Counted from the first letter of the stretch, positions 1 through 7,355 are shown. The stretch: 10,371 bases of DNA from Candidatus Heimdallarchaeota archaeon (GCA_015523565.1 WAKA01000118.1:1-10371), one strand, 5' to 3'. Translations and numbers: made by a program. The notes: generated by a model not told the origin, from the letters alone.

Positions 1-297
1 ATATGATTCAACCCTAATGTAAATGCCAACATTCAAAAAAATAACAATGATAATGAATTTAAATGACAACATCATAATTTATGGAAGCACAATCGAAAAT
101 AAATAAAGAATTGAGAATACATTAATTGAATAGATAATTAAAATAAATAACAAGCAACAATACAATATTTAAGACAACCATTCGTATTTTTGTAAATCAA
201 TATCCAGTAAAATAATCGACACCCCATAGATCACCAGATTGTTTTAATATTGGCACAACCATTTTGTATAGTGAGGCAAAAGCCTAGTGATCTGGAA

Positions 298-480
298 ATG
301 GTCGATCTGGTAATTCACTAATTATACTTCACGCCTTTAAGGGCGTTGCTGCTGCCCTGTTGTCATTTTGGCTCGGCATTGAGTTGAGATACCTTTCGGA
401 GTCGAATTACAGCAGGGTGTTGAAAATCAATTGGGCCACGATAATTATGACTTGGCTCACATACATATTCGCGGTATGGT
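298..480 (+). pseudogene. 5' half of disrupted membrane-protein gene A (first two TM helices)
   Basis: SD-like GTGAT (287-291) precedes ATG298. As written the frame is MVDLVIH-stop (TAA 319-321). Adding one T at 313-315 gives MVDLVISLIILHAFKGVAAALLSFWLGIELRYLSESNYSRVLKINWATIIMTWLTYIFAVW, two hydrophobic helices. The hydrophobic, protein-like character ends at about 480, the inversion junction. Confidence 0.75.
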
Positions 481-616
481 ATAGAGGGGGAATTGATTTC
501 ATAAATTCAAAAAGTCCATGGAATTCCTCCTTCAAAACCACTAAAATTCCGCTCAAGACAGCGGCAACAGAATAAGCCAAAATCGAGACTACAACTGTAC
601 TGTTTGTTTCTTCCAT
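481..616 (-). pseudogene. 5' half of small membrane-protein gene B (inside the inverted segment)
   Basis: GGAGG (626-622) lies 5 nt before ATG616, next to the gene A stop (629-627). Translates MEETNSTVVVSILAYSVAAVLSGILVVLKEEFHGLFEFMKSIPPLY. In the present orientation it runs on into the antisense of gene A and stops at 407 (the 407..643 ORF). Confidence 0.75.
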
Positions 617-621
617 ATATT

Positions 622-626
622 CCTCC
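622..626 (-). promoter_or_regulatory. Shine-Dalgarno GGAGG for gene B
   Basis: Minus strand reads TGA-GGAGG-AATAT-ATG, directly after the gene A stop codon; typical of an operon-internal gene. Confidence 0.7.
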
Positions 627-913
627 TCAAATTCCTTTCGCAAGTCGGACTGTCATTGAGATGATCGCTCCAAACCCTTCCATCAAAACTGCAATTGCAA
701 ACATTGTAAATGCAATGGTCATTGCAATTTTCTTTGCTCCAGTGTCTTTGGTGAGATCCACATTCCTGACAAGGATAAAGAGCACAATTGTCAAGAGGGG
801 CATCAAAAACCAATGTTCCTTGACCTCTGTGAAAAACGCATGTCCCCAATAGTAATCGCTTCCTTTGATGATGGATTTGCTTCCCCCCTCACGTCCATAA
901 TAGGGAACATAGC
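627..913 (-). pseudogene. 3' half of membrane-protein gene A (inside the inverted segment)
   Basis: Open minus frame 917-627, absent from the ORF track: WCYVPYYGREGGSKSIIKGSDYYWGHAFFTEVKEHWFLMPLLTIVLFILVRNVDLTKDTGAKKIAMTIAFTMFAIAVLMEGFGAIISMTVRLAKGI*. It has two TM helices and an H-x4-E-x-K-E-H motif, with an in-frame TGA (920-918) immediately upstream and no start before 806. Confidence 0.8.
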
Positions 914-1105
914 ACCATCATTGGATCACCCACACGTATTTCTTGTTGATTATTTTTGCGATCATCTATTTTGTTTTCAAGTCAAGAGATGACACAATTA
1001 TGCAATCCGTCAAAAAGAACCAAACAGGATGGAATATGATCCACAGTTGTGGGTGCGGCCATTATTGCCCTTTGCATGCACCACCATGGAATAATCCTGC
1101 ATTGA
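914..1105 (+). pseudogene. 3' half of small membrane-protein gene B
   Basis: Plus frame from 916 reads HHWITHTYFLLIIFAIIYFVFKSRDD..., preceded by TAG (910-912). A further hydrophobic segment STVVGAAIIAL (1040-1072) is in another frame after TGA 1037-1039, implying a frameshift plus a nonsense lesion. That frame ends at TGA 1103-1105. Confidence 0.65.
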
Positions 1106-1162
1106 TGCTGAACAGGATGGATCATAGCCAAAAGAAGTAAAGTTCGCTGGAATTCAAGGAAG

Positions 1163-1627
1163 CTATTCCACACCCCTTTTCATAAGAATCACATCCCTTA
1201 TTTGAAGTGGCAACATTACAAGAAGTGAAAGGACAGTAAACATTTGCAAAAGGAATATTCTATTCATTGCAATGAAGACAAGGTCAAAAATGAGGGTGAC
1301 CAGTAGGAAAGTCGCATAAAAAGCCTGTTTTGGCCATAGGGAACCATTGATCAGGAAATAGTCCACCATGGCATTCAATCTCAGCGACCTTACATTGTAT
1401 TCGGGTCTTATGACATAGGTGTTGTTAGTATTCTTCATGACATAGCCATCCTCGACCAATTTTGAGAGATGATAACTAGCATGAGATGCTGTTTTCAAAC
1501 CGAGCCCATGCCGCACTTCTGTGGGACCGACCTCCCTGCCAACTTTCAGCAGGTAAACAAACACCTGAAGCCTCATCCCCGTAAGGTTGGAAAAGGACCC
1601 GTTCCCCCCATCAATTCCCTTTATCAT
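1163..1627 (-). CDS. Membrane-anchored winged-helix (ArsR-like) transcriptional regulator, 154 aa
   Basis: N-terminal wHTH pattern LQVFVYLLKVGREVGPTEVRHGLGLKTASHASYHLSKLVEDGYVMK, followed by two C-terminal hydrophobic helices (AFYATFLLVTLIFDLVFIAM; IFLLQMFTVLSLLVMLPL). Starts 6 bp after the upstream stop (TGA-TCGAGG-ATG). Confidence 0.85.
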   Translation of the reverse strand: MIKGIDGGNGSFSNLTGMRLQVFVYLLKVGREVGPTEVRHGLGLKTASHASYHLSKLVEDGYVMKNTNNTYVIRPEYNVRSLRLNAMVDYFLINGSLWPKQAFYATFLLVTLIFDLVFIAMNRIFLLQMFTVLSLLVMLPLQIRDVILMKRGVE

Positions 1628-1633
1628 CCTCGA

Positions 1634-2500
1634 TCATCCAGAACGAGTATTTGAAAAAAGTTCATGTACCTTTGCTACTGCATTGTCAAATGCAGTTATT
1701 GGTGAAAGGTACAAGGGGTCAAAAGGATACGGGATCACAGGCAACGGGAATTCACCCCAAGAATAAGATACCAAGGCATCCCAAAGGAATTCAATATAAA
1801 CAACAACACCTTCGCCAAGCAAATTTGAATCAATTCGGAGTTCAATTCCAGTGCCGTTTTCATAATAGATGTCAAAAGAATAGCCAAAGTTTCCGCCGCC
1901 TGCCAATGGATCAAACGAGGACCAATCCCAATCGACTTCTCCTGTTTCATTCACACCATCGGTAATTAACCAATTGATCTGTTGAATGTCTGAATCAGCA
2001 TAGGAAGCAGTGTAATTGGATATACGGAGATCATCAGGGTATCCTCCAGAAAAGTTGGCAAACCAGACATAGGCAGACCATGAAGAGGAATTAATGCGAG
2101 TCAAGTGTATATCCTTGTTCCATCCACCGAAATCAGTTTCATTGATGATAATGGTGTAGTTGAAATTAACTCGCATATACACAGCTGTTTCATAATTTTT
2201 TTGGATTTGAGCAGCCAGCAAAGAAACCCGATCCAACGGGTTGTCGGTTTGGTTATCATTGTCATTTTTTGTCTTATTGCCAGTCCAGTTATTGGAAGGA
2301 ATTTGACCGTCATCTGATGGTAAGGTGGGCAGAGTAGGTTCTGTGGTCAAATCCCCTTTGTTTTCGGGGGTGTTCATATAATTATCCACTGTGAAAGCAG
2401 TGCCTATAAGGATTAAGGTCATCCCAAGACCAAGCAGGATGCCTTTAAGGTACTGCATTCTTCGCGTCTTCAAAATTTGGAGCTCAATTTGGCGTTCCAT
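1634..2500 (-). CDS. Single-pass membrane-anchored extracellular glycoprotein of unknown function, 288 aa
   Basis: Basic N-terminus, one TM (GILLGLGMTLILIGTAFTV), a Pro/Thr/Asn/Asp-rich linker, then an aromatic-rich acidic domain. I count 10 N-x-S/T sequons (NWT, NKT, NQT, NYT, NET, NSS, NFS, NYT, NET, NGT). Confidence 0.85.
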   Translation of the reverse strand: MERQIELQILKTRRMQYLKGILLGLGMTLILIGTAFTVDNYMNTPENKGDLTTEPTLPTLPSDDGQIPSNNWTGNKTKNDNDNQTDNPLDRVSLLAAQIQKNYETAVYMRVNFNYTIIINETDFGGWNKDIHLTRINSSSWSAYVWFANFSGGYPDDLRISNYTASYADSDIQQINWLITDGVNETGEVDWDWSSFDPLAGGGNFGYSFDIYYENGTGIELRIDSNLLGEGVVVYIEFLWDALVSYSWGEFPLPVIPYPFDPLYLSPITAFDNAVAKVHELFSNTRSG

Positions 2501-2522
2501 GTCCTATAATTTTTCGGCGGTC

Positions 2523-2530
2523 TATTTATA
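2523..2530 (-). promoter_or_regulatory. Archaeal TATA box of the glycoprotein/wHTH operon
   Basis: Minus strand TATAAATA lies 23-30 nt upstream of ATG2500, consistent with a leaderless or near-leaderless transcript. Confidence 0.65.
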
Positions 2531-2537
2531 TTATGGC

Positions 2538-2577
2538 TTTGAATGTCGTATTCAAAGGTTTGAAAGTGCAATTCAAA
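2538..2577. promoter_or_regulatory. Tandem palindromic operator, TTTGAA-N7-TTCAAA x2
   Basis: TTTGAA-TGTCGTA-TTCAAA (2538-2556) and TTTGAA-AGTGCAA-TTCAAA (2559-2577), 21-bp period, starting 7 bp upstream of the TATA box. Confidence 0.75.
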
Positions 2578-2834
2578 GGCTTGACAATTGGTTTTACCTT
2601 CAACAAGAGCCAATAATTCATGAGAGGGATATCAAATGCATTCATCAGGAGTTAAAACAACAGAATAGGGAAATTAAAATAGCAGAATGGAGGAAGTCGT
2701 AGAATGAGAAGATCGAGTCAATTGCAGTCGTGGGCACTAGTTCATTCAAGATAGCCCCACATAATAAGAATCCCCTTTTCCTCATATTTCTCAATACCGG
2801 TAAGTCCGTATGAAAGCAAATCCTGTTTTAATTC

Positions 2835-3038
2835 ATGATGATTGCTTTTGGAGGACTGATGTTTTCAACATCCTATATCCTCATGCAGTTTGGATTTGTC
2901 CTAAGTCTTTCTGTGTTCATTGACACGTTTTTTGTCAGGTCAATCCTTGTTCCAGCCATCATGTCCATCAGTGAAAAATGGAACTGGTGGCCCACTTCTT
3001 TTGAGCATCCATTACAACTTCAAGAAGAAGCTAGATAA
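2835..3038 (+). pseudogene. C-terminal remnant of an MMPL/RND family transporter
   Basis: MIAFGGLMFS...QFGFVLSLSVFIDTFFVRSILVPAIMSISEKWNWWP matches the last two TM helices of MMPL proteins (GF-x-L...D-x-F-x-VR-x-x-LVPA...WNWWP). An in-frame TAA at 2829-2831 and the lack of an upstream ORF mean only about 65 aa of a normally much longer protein remain. Confidence 0.8.
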
Positions 3039-3355
3039 GAAATTAAAATTAAATTTAAGGTTAATATAGCGATGCGTGATAGTTAGTAATTTTGCTTCTC
3101 ATAAGATTAATATAGACGAAAGATGATCGGTCATTTGTCTGTAGAAAACGGGCAGAATATCGTAATTGACTAGAAGGTCCTTGGAACATCACGGTAACAT
3201 TCTTTTTGAGCGGAGAGTAGTCCACGTCAACCGCAATATCGGTTTTCGTACAGTACACAAAGCAATTTTACGATTTTTTCAGTGGATTCTGGGGGAAACA
3301 GTAAGTTTATCTTGTCAAGAGGTATTTTTCCTTCTGATCCATATTATAAGCGAAG

Positions 3356-4651
3356 ATGTCTTACAGACCAAAGGTTGTAATATTGGGTGCAGGGTTTGCA
3401 GGGATATGGGCTGCCAAGAAACTGAACAACAAGCCAGTTGATGTCTTGGTGATTGACCGGAACAATTTCCATACATTCCTGCCTCTTCTTTACCAAGTTG
3501 CCGCGGCAGAAATAGAAATTGAGCAGATTGCGTATCCGGTTCGGCAAATGTTCAGGAAAAGCAAGAATGTGGGATTTATCAAGGCCGAGGTTCAAAGGGT
3601 TGTACCTAAGGAAAACTTGGTCATTACAGATGTGGGGGCAATCCCCTATGACTTCCTCATTATTGCATTAGGCAGTCAAACGGCATATTTTGGGGTGCCG
3701 GGAGCCCAAGAATTTGCATTTCCGCTAAAGGCAATCCCCCATGCCATTGAATTGAGAAATCACATACTTTCGATGTTTGAAAAAGCGAGTTTTGAGATTG
3801 AGCCAAAATCTAGGGAACCCATGCTCAATTTTGTAATTGTCGGCGGTGGTCCAACTGGGGTTGAATTTGCGGCATCCTTGCAGGAACTCATAGATGGTCC
3901 CTTGAAAAAGGACTTTAAGGAGCTTCGTCCATGGACACCCCAAGTTCATTTGATAGAGGCCAATCCGAAAATTCTCAAAGGATATCCAGAAAAGCAAAGG
4001 TACTATGCAATGAGGGAACTGAAGAAGAAAGGAATTGTTCTCCATACAGGAGTCAGTGTTACAGAGGTGACCCCATCTGAGGTAAAATTATCCGATGGAA
4101 GCAAAATAAGGACAGAGACGGTTGTTTGGGCGGCAGGCATCCAAGGACCTGAAACATTGGGTGATTGGAACCTTCCCCTGAACTCAAGGAAACAAATTTT
4201 GGTGGATGAAACATTGAAAGCAGTCGGTTATGACAATATATTTGCGGTAGGAGATATTGCCTCAATTCAGGATCAGTTTGTTCCACAAGTCGCCCCTGCG
4301 GCCATCCAAATGGGAAGCCTAGCCGCGAGCAATATTCTCAATTCACTAAAGGGGAAACCACAAAGGAAGTTCAAATACAAGGACAAGGGGTCAATGACAA
4401 TATTGGGCAGAAACAAGGCCATTGTCAGGACAAAACACCTGAAATTCAAAGGGTTTATTGCTTGGCTTTCATGGTTGTTCCTTCATCTGATGAAATTGGT
4501 GGGATACAGGAACAGGGCGATGGTTCTCCTGAATTGGGCATGGTCATACATTTTTTATGAGAGAGCCGCCAGGATTGTCTTGCCTTTGCATTCAGATGAG
4601 AAACCCGTTGCAGACAAGACAGTAAACGTTCAAATGGCAAAACCATTGTAA
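3356..4651 (+). CDS. ndh: Type II NADH:quinone oxidoreductase (NDH-2), 431 aa
   Basis: FAD Rossmann motif VVILGAGFAG, FLPLLYQVA, YDFLIIALGS, second Rossmann motif IVGGGPTGVEFA followed by LIEA (acidic residue favouring NADH), WAAG, IFAVGDIA, APAAIQMG, FKYKDKGSM, and C-terminal membrane-anchor GFIAWLSWLFLHL. Confidence 0.95.
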   Translation: MSYRPKVVILGAGFAGIWAAKKLNNKPVDVLVIDRNNFHTFLPLLYQVAAAEIEIEQIAYPVRQMFRKSKNVGFIKAEVQRVVPKENLVITDVGAIPYDFLIIALGSQTAYFGVPGAQEFAFPLKAIPHAIELRNHILSMFEKASFEIEPKSREPMLNFVIVGGGPTGVEFAASLQELIDGPLKKDFKELRPWTPQVHLIEANPKILKGYPEKQRYYAMRELKKKGIVLHTGVSVTEVTPSEVKLSDGSKIRTETVVWAAGIQGPETLGDWNLPLNSRKQILVDETLKAVGYDNIFAVGDIASIQDQFVPQVAPAAIQMGSLAASNILNSLKGKPQRKFKYKDKGSMTILGRNKAIVRTKHLKFKGFIAWLSWLFLHLMKLVGYRNRAMVLLNWAWSYIFYERAARIVLPLHSDEKPVADKTVNVQMAKPL

Positions 4652-4711
4652 CTGCCACGAAAGATGCAATTATGAATGAATAATTTACTTTCAAAACAAT
4701 TTACATTAAAC

Positions 4712-4718
4712 TTTAAAA
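4712..4718 (+). promoter_or_regulatory. Probable TATA box of the NnrS-like gene
   Basis: TTTAAAA preceded by AAAC, 24-30 nt upstream of ATG4742. Confidence 0.5.
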
Positions 4719-4741
4719 CAATACAAAGCTAACTAAAATTG

Positions 4742-6010
4742 ATGTTCAAAGGAGAACCCATTGCCATATGGTCAATGGTTGCCGCATTCCTGTCATTTTT
4801 GGCATTGCAATTATATGGAATTCTGTTTGGATTGGGGATAATCACGGGGTTTTATCCAATCCACCTTCATCTTGCCTTTTTCGGATGGATATCCTTTCTC
4901 ATATTGGGGGCGGAGCTCCAGTTCTTCAGGGCAATTCTTGCAATCAGGAAATTTGAACCGGAATGGCTACGATGGGTCTTCTTGGTTTCAATGTATCTTT
5001 CATTGTTCTTCACCATTTTGAGTGGTTGGATAGATTTACTTGCAGAGGCCTATATCCTTCTCATTTTGGTCACTATTGTCCACACCTATTGGCTTGCCAA
5101 ATATTCCCGATCCCGATTTTTCAAGTTCCCCCTTCAGTTCTATCTTGCAGGTCAAGGGTTTTTCATTCTTGGCTTGGCACTCTATGCAAAATATGTCCCT
5201 GGTCTGAACATTGACTTTCATGGCCTTGCCAGATGGCAGGTGATCCATATCTTTGCAGTGGGTTGGATCAGCTTGGTGTTGCAGGGGGCAGTTACAAGGA
5301 TACTTCCGATGTTTCTGAATAGGGCGATCGATCGTTCCTATAGACCAAAGGTTGACCAACACTTTTGGTTTTCATTTATTTCCTCTTCCCTTTTTATTGC
5401 AGGGGTTATCACAAAATCCCTGCCCCTGACCTCAATAGGAGGTACACTTTGGTTCGTGAACTGGATATTGGTAGGGTATTTCATGTTCAAAAGCCTTCGG
5501 ACAACAAATCGCGGGAAAGAAATCACATATCCCATTACAGGCCTTTTCTTCTTGTGGGGTTTCATATGGTTGGCAATTGGGGCGACGTTGGGCTTCATCT
5601 CCGCTTTCGTTGAATTCGGCGTCCTACAAAACCCCCCACCACGTGCCTTTCATATTCATACATCACTCCTCTTAGGCCTTTCCTTCATCATGATGGGAGC
5701 CTACCACAGAATATCGGTTTTTCAGGTCTATACGATACTATATAGCGGAAAAAGAGGAGAAAGCAGTCTCGGAAAAATGCTCCACGAAAAGCTAATGATC
5801 ATTGTTTTTGCCCTTTGTACAGTCGGTGCCCTGATTGCAGTAACGGGGTTTTACCAATCCAGCTATGCACTAGTTGCCCAAGGGGGCATATTCTATTTTT
5901 TAGGGACTCTTGTATTATTTGGTCAGATTCTTTGGGTTATGAAGCAATATGTTTCCAAAAAAGGAAATGCCATTCCCTTCTACCTTAAGTCAACAGAGAA
6001 AAAGGGTTAG
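4742..6010 (+). CDS. Polytopic (about 12 TM) His-motif membrane protein, NnrS-like / heme-copper oxidase subunit I fold
   Basis: Three internal repeats: HLHLAFFGWISFLILGA, VIHIFAVGWISLVLQGA, HIHTSLLLGLSFIMMGA (His near residues 44, 170, 307). The HPxVY and HH CuB motifs of true oxidases are absent. ATG4742 is preferred over TTG4739. Confidence 0.75.
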   Translation: MFKGEPIAIWSMVAAFLSFLALQLYGILFGLGIITGFYPIHLHLAFFGWISFLILGAELQFFRAILAIRKFEPEWLRWVFLVSMYLSLFFTILSGWIDLLAEAYILLILVTIVHTYWLAKYSRSRFFKFPLQFYLAGQGFFILGLALYAKYVPGLNIDFHGLARWQVIHIFAVGWISLVLQGAVTRILPMFLNRAIDRSYRPKVDQHFWFSFISSSLFIAGVITKSLPLTSIGGTLWFVNWILVGYFMFKSLRTTNRGKEITYPITGLFFLWGFIWLAIGATLGFISAFVEFGVLQNPPPRAFHIHTSLLLGLSFIMMGAYHRISVFQVYTILYSGKRGESSLGKMLHEKLMIIVFALCTVGALIAVTGFYQSSYALVAQGGIFYFLGTLVLFGQILWVMKQYVSKKGNAIPFYLKSTEKKG

Positions 6011-6106
6011 CAGATATTGAACCCTTACGTCCCCATCCATTAAAATTCCCCATTGCAAGGGGATCCTCTTTTGGGACACTATACAGACATTGGATGCAAC
6101 ATTATT

Positions 6107-6136
6107 TTTTGCGTATAAGTCCTCCTAAACGCAAAA
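6107..6136. terminator. Possible terminator hairpin between convergent genes
   Basis: TTTTGCGT-N14-ACGCAAAA, an 8-bp inverted repeat with T/A tracts, in the 6011-6264 convergent intergenic region. Confidence 0.35.
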
Positions 6137-6264
6137 GTACAGGTGGTCTGTAATGTAATTTGAATATGCATAGAATTAAGATCACTAGTCAACAAATCTT
6201 CAATTTGATCAACCCATTTCTTTGATCGAATGTGGCCTCCTTTTTTATCTTTAAAGTTTAGTAT

Positions 6265-7353
6265 CTAGACAAGATCCAATATCTTCTGCCAGACAGTGTG
6301 GCTTGTCCCAAATATCTCTGCCGCATCAATATCACTGACTTTTTCATTATGGTATGCATTTGCCACAGTACTGACAAATGTGTCACCGAATTCTGAAATT
6401 ATTACTTTACTTCTTTGTGGACCACCCTTTCGATTGTTTCTTTGTTTTTTGAACCGATCATTATATCTTTCCAAGAATTGATTATAAATTTCCCAATCGA
6501 TAATTTTTTTCTTTAATAAAGCTACAGCAGTGGCATGTTTGCTAATTTTGAGTTGGTTTGACAGGGTTCGGATTTCCTTGAAAATGTCATTTGTGCCCGT
6601 ATTTATAGTTATATTTTCAGGGATTAATACACAAGCGGCAAATTCTTCACACCAATATTCAACTGCATTTTCCTCCGATGTAAAATCATCAAGAATCGAC
6701 TCACCAATCAATAAATGACCCAATTCATGAAACAGAGTAAATGTCCTGGATCCCTCACTTTCATTCTTGTTGACAACAATGACATAAGGTGTTCCCATTG
6801 AAATTGTAAATCCGCGAAGTTCTTCCAAGGAGAATTGTAAAACCAATATCCCGAATTCCTCAAATTTTTGCCTTAACTTCTTGAAAAATTCGTTTCTGTC
6901 TTTAGTTTCTCTTCGTATTTTTGGGATATCCATTTGCCCTATAATTTTTTTTGCGGCTTCTTTTGGGGAAATCTTCCGAGGGATTTTTGGAAATTCAAAT
7001 TTTGTAACACCCCCCAACTCTTGGAAAACTTCTTGTACATGGTATGCTTCCCTTATTGCATCCTTCAACTTTCTTGAAAGTTTACCTGTGAATTTCCTAG
7101 ATCTAGGTCGTGGTGGGAATTCAGGAGGGGATGAAAGGAAAAACACAGAGATGGGGATTGCAAACCTATTTGAAATTTTTCTAAGTTTAGATATGGTTAC
7201 GTTGATTTCCTCATCATTTAAGTTAATATTTAATTGGCTGACTTCTTCGTCTGACAGTCCAATGTATTCCTTGATTTTTAGGAACACATCTTTTTTAACA
7301 GTAACTTGGATAGAAGTCACATCAATATGATTCTCATGAGCATATTTGAACAT
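6265..7353 (-). CDS. ImmA/IrrE (COG2856) Zn-metallopeptidase with degenerate N-terminal XRE-type HTH, 362 aa
   Basis: RTFTLFHELGHLL (HExxH), downstream EYWCEEFAACVLIP, GFTI...PYVIVVN; N-terminal T-x-x-KLRKISNRFAIPISVFFLSSPP resembles the end of an XRE HTH. Confidence 0.92.
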   Translation of the reverse strand: MFKYAHENHIDVTSIQVTVKKDVFLKIKEYIGLSDEEVSQLNINLNDEEINVTISKLRKISNRFAIPISVFFLSSPPEFPPRPRSRKFTGKLSRKLKDAIREAYHVQEVFQELGGVTKFEFPKIPRKISPKEAAKKIIGQMDIPKIRRETKDRNEFFKKLRQKFEEFGILVLQFSLEELRGFTISMGTPYVIVVNKNESEGSRTFTLFHELGHLLIGESILDDFTSEENAVEYWCEEFAACVLIPENITINTGTNDIFKEIRTLSNQLKISKHATAVALLKKKIIDWEIYNQFLERYNDRFKKQRNNRKGGPQRSKVIISEFGDTFVSTVANAYHNEKVSDIDAAEIFGTSHTVWQKILDLV

Positions 7354-7355
7354 AT

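Larger units (their letters stand above)
476..918. other. Inverted segment 481-913 bounded by the inverted repeat ATGGT (476-480) / ACCAT (914-918)
   Basis: Re-inverting 481-913 joins ...GCG GTA TGG T|GC TAT GTT CCC TAT TAT GGA (gene A: FAVWCYVPYYG) and ...CCC CCT CTA T|AC CAT CAT TGG ATC ACC CAC (gene B: PPLYHHWITH). Both junctions are in frame. Confidence 0.85.

Noticed and set aside
1-297. AT-rich stretch with short repeats (AGATCAC/GTGATCT, GATCTGG) as a CRISPR leader, origin or mobile-element end
   Set aside because: No repeat-spacer array, long terminal repeat or recognisable origin box is present. It is most simply the upstream region of gene A.
627-1160. Stop-codon readthrough (selenocysteine, pyrrolysine or an alternative code) extending the minus frame upstream of 917
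   Set aside because: The upstream frame contains TGA, TAG and TAA and is not protein-like. The missing N-terminus is found on the + strand at 298-480, which the inversion explains.
360-1173. ORF-track calls 360..575, 407..643, 589..849, 604..852, 943..1140 and 982..1173 as independent small genes, including Cys/His-rich apparent metal-binding peptides
   Set aside because: They are chimeric, shifted-frame or antisense readings of the scrambled gene A/B halves.
2391-2702. 103-aa + strand ORF
   Set aside because: It overlaps the antisense start of the 288-aa gene and runs through its TATA box and operator. Its repeated IQRF/IQRL text just reflects the DNA repeat.
3061-3441. ORFs 3061..3258 (-) and 3166..3441 (+), and the palindrome TCTTG-T-CAAGA at 3310-3320
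   Set aside because: The ORFs have no recognisable motifs and weak starts. A single palindrome with 5-bp arms is within chance expectation.
4742-6010. Calling this a functional cytochrome c oxidase subunit I or nitric oxide reductase
   Set aside because: It lacks the HPxVY/HLWVE and adjacent His-His ligands, and no partner subunits are nearby.
6047-6072. Hairpin TCCCC-N7-GGGGA followed by TCCTCTTTT as a terminator or ncRNA
   Set aside because: The stem is only 5 bp; it cannot be distinguished from chance.
6881-7330. 149-aa + strand ORF and the other short ORFs nested in ndh, the NnrS-like gene, ImmA, the DUF4440-like gene and the permease (e.g. 9809..10171)
   Set aside because: These are antisense or alternate-frame shadows of well-supported genes.
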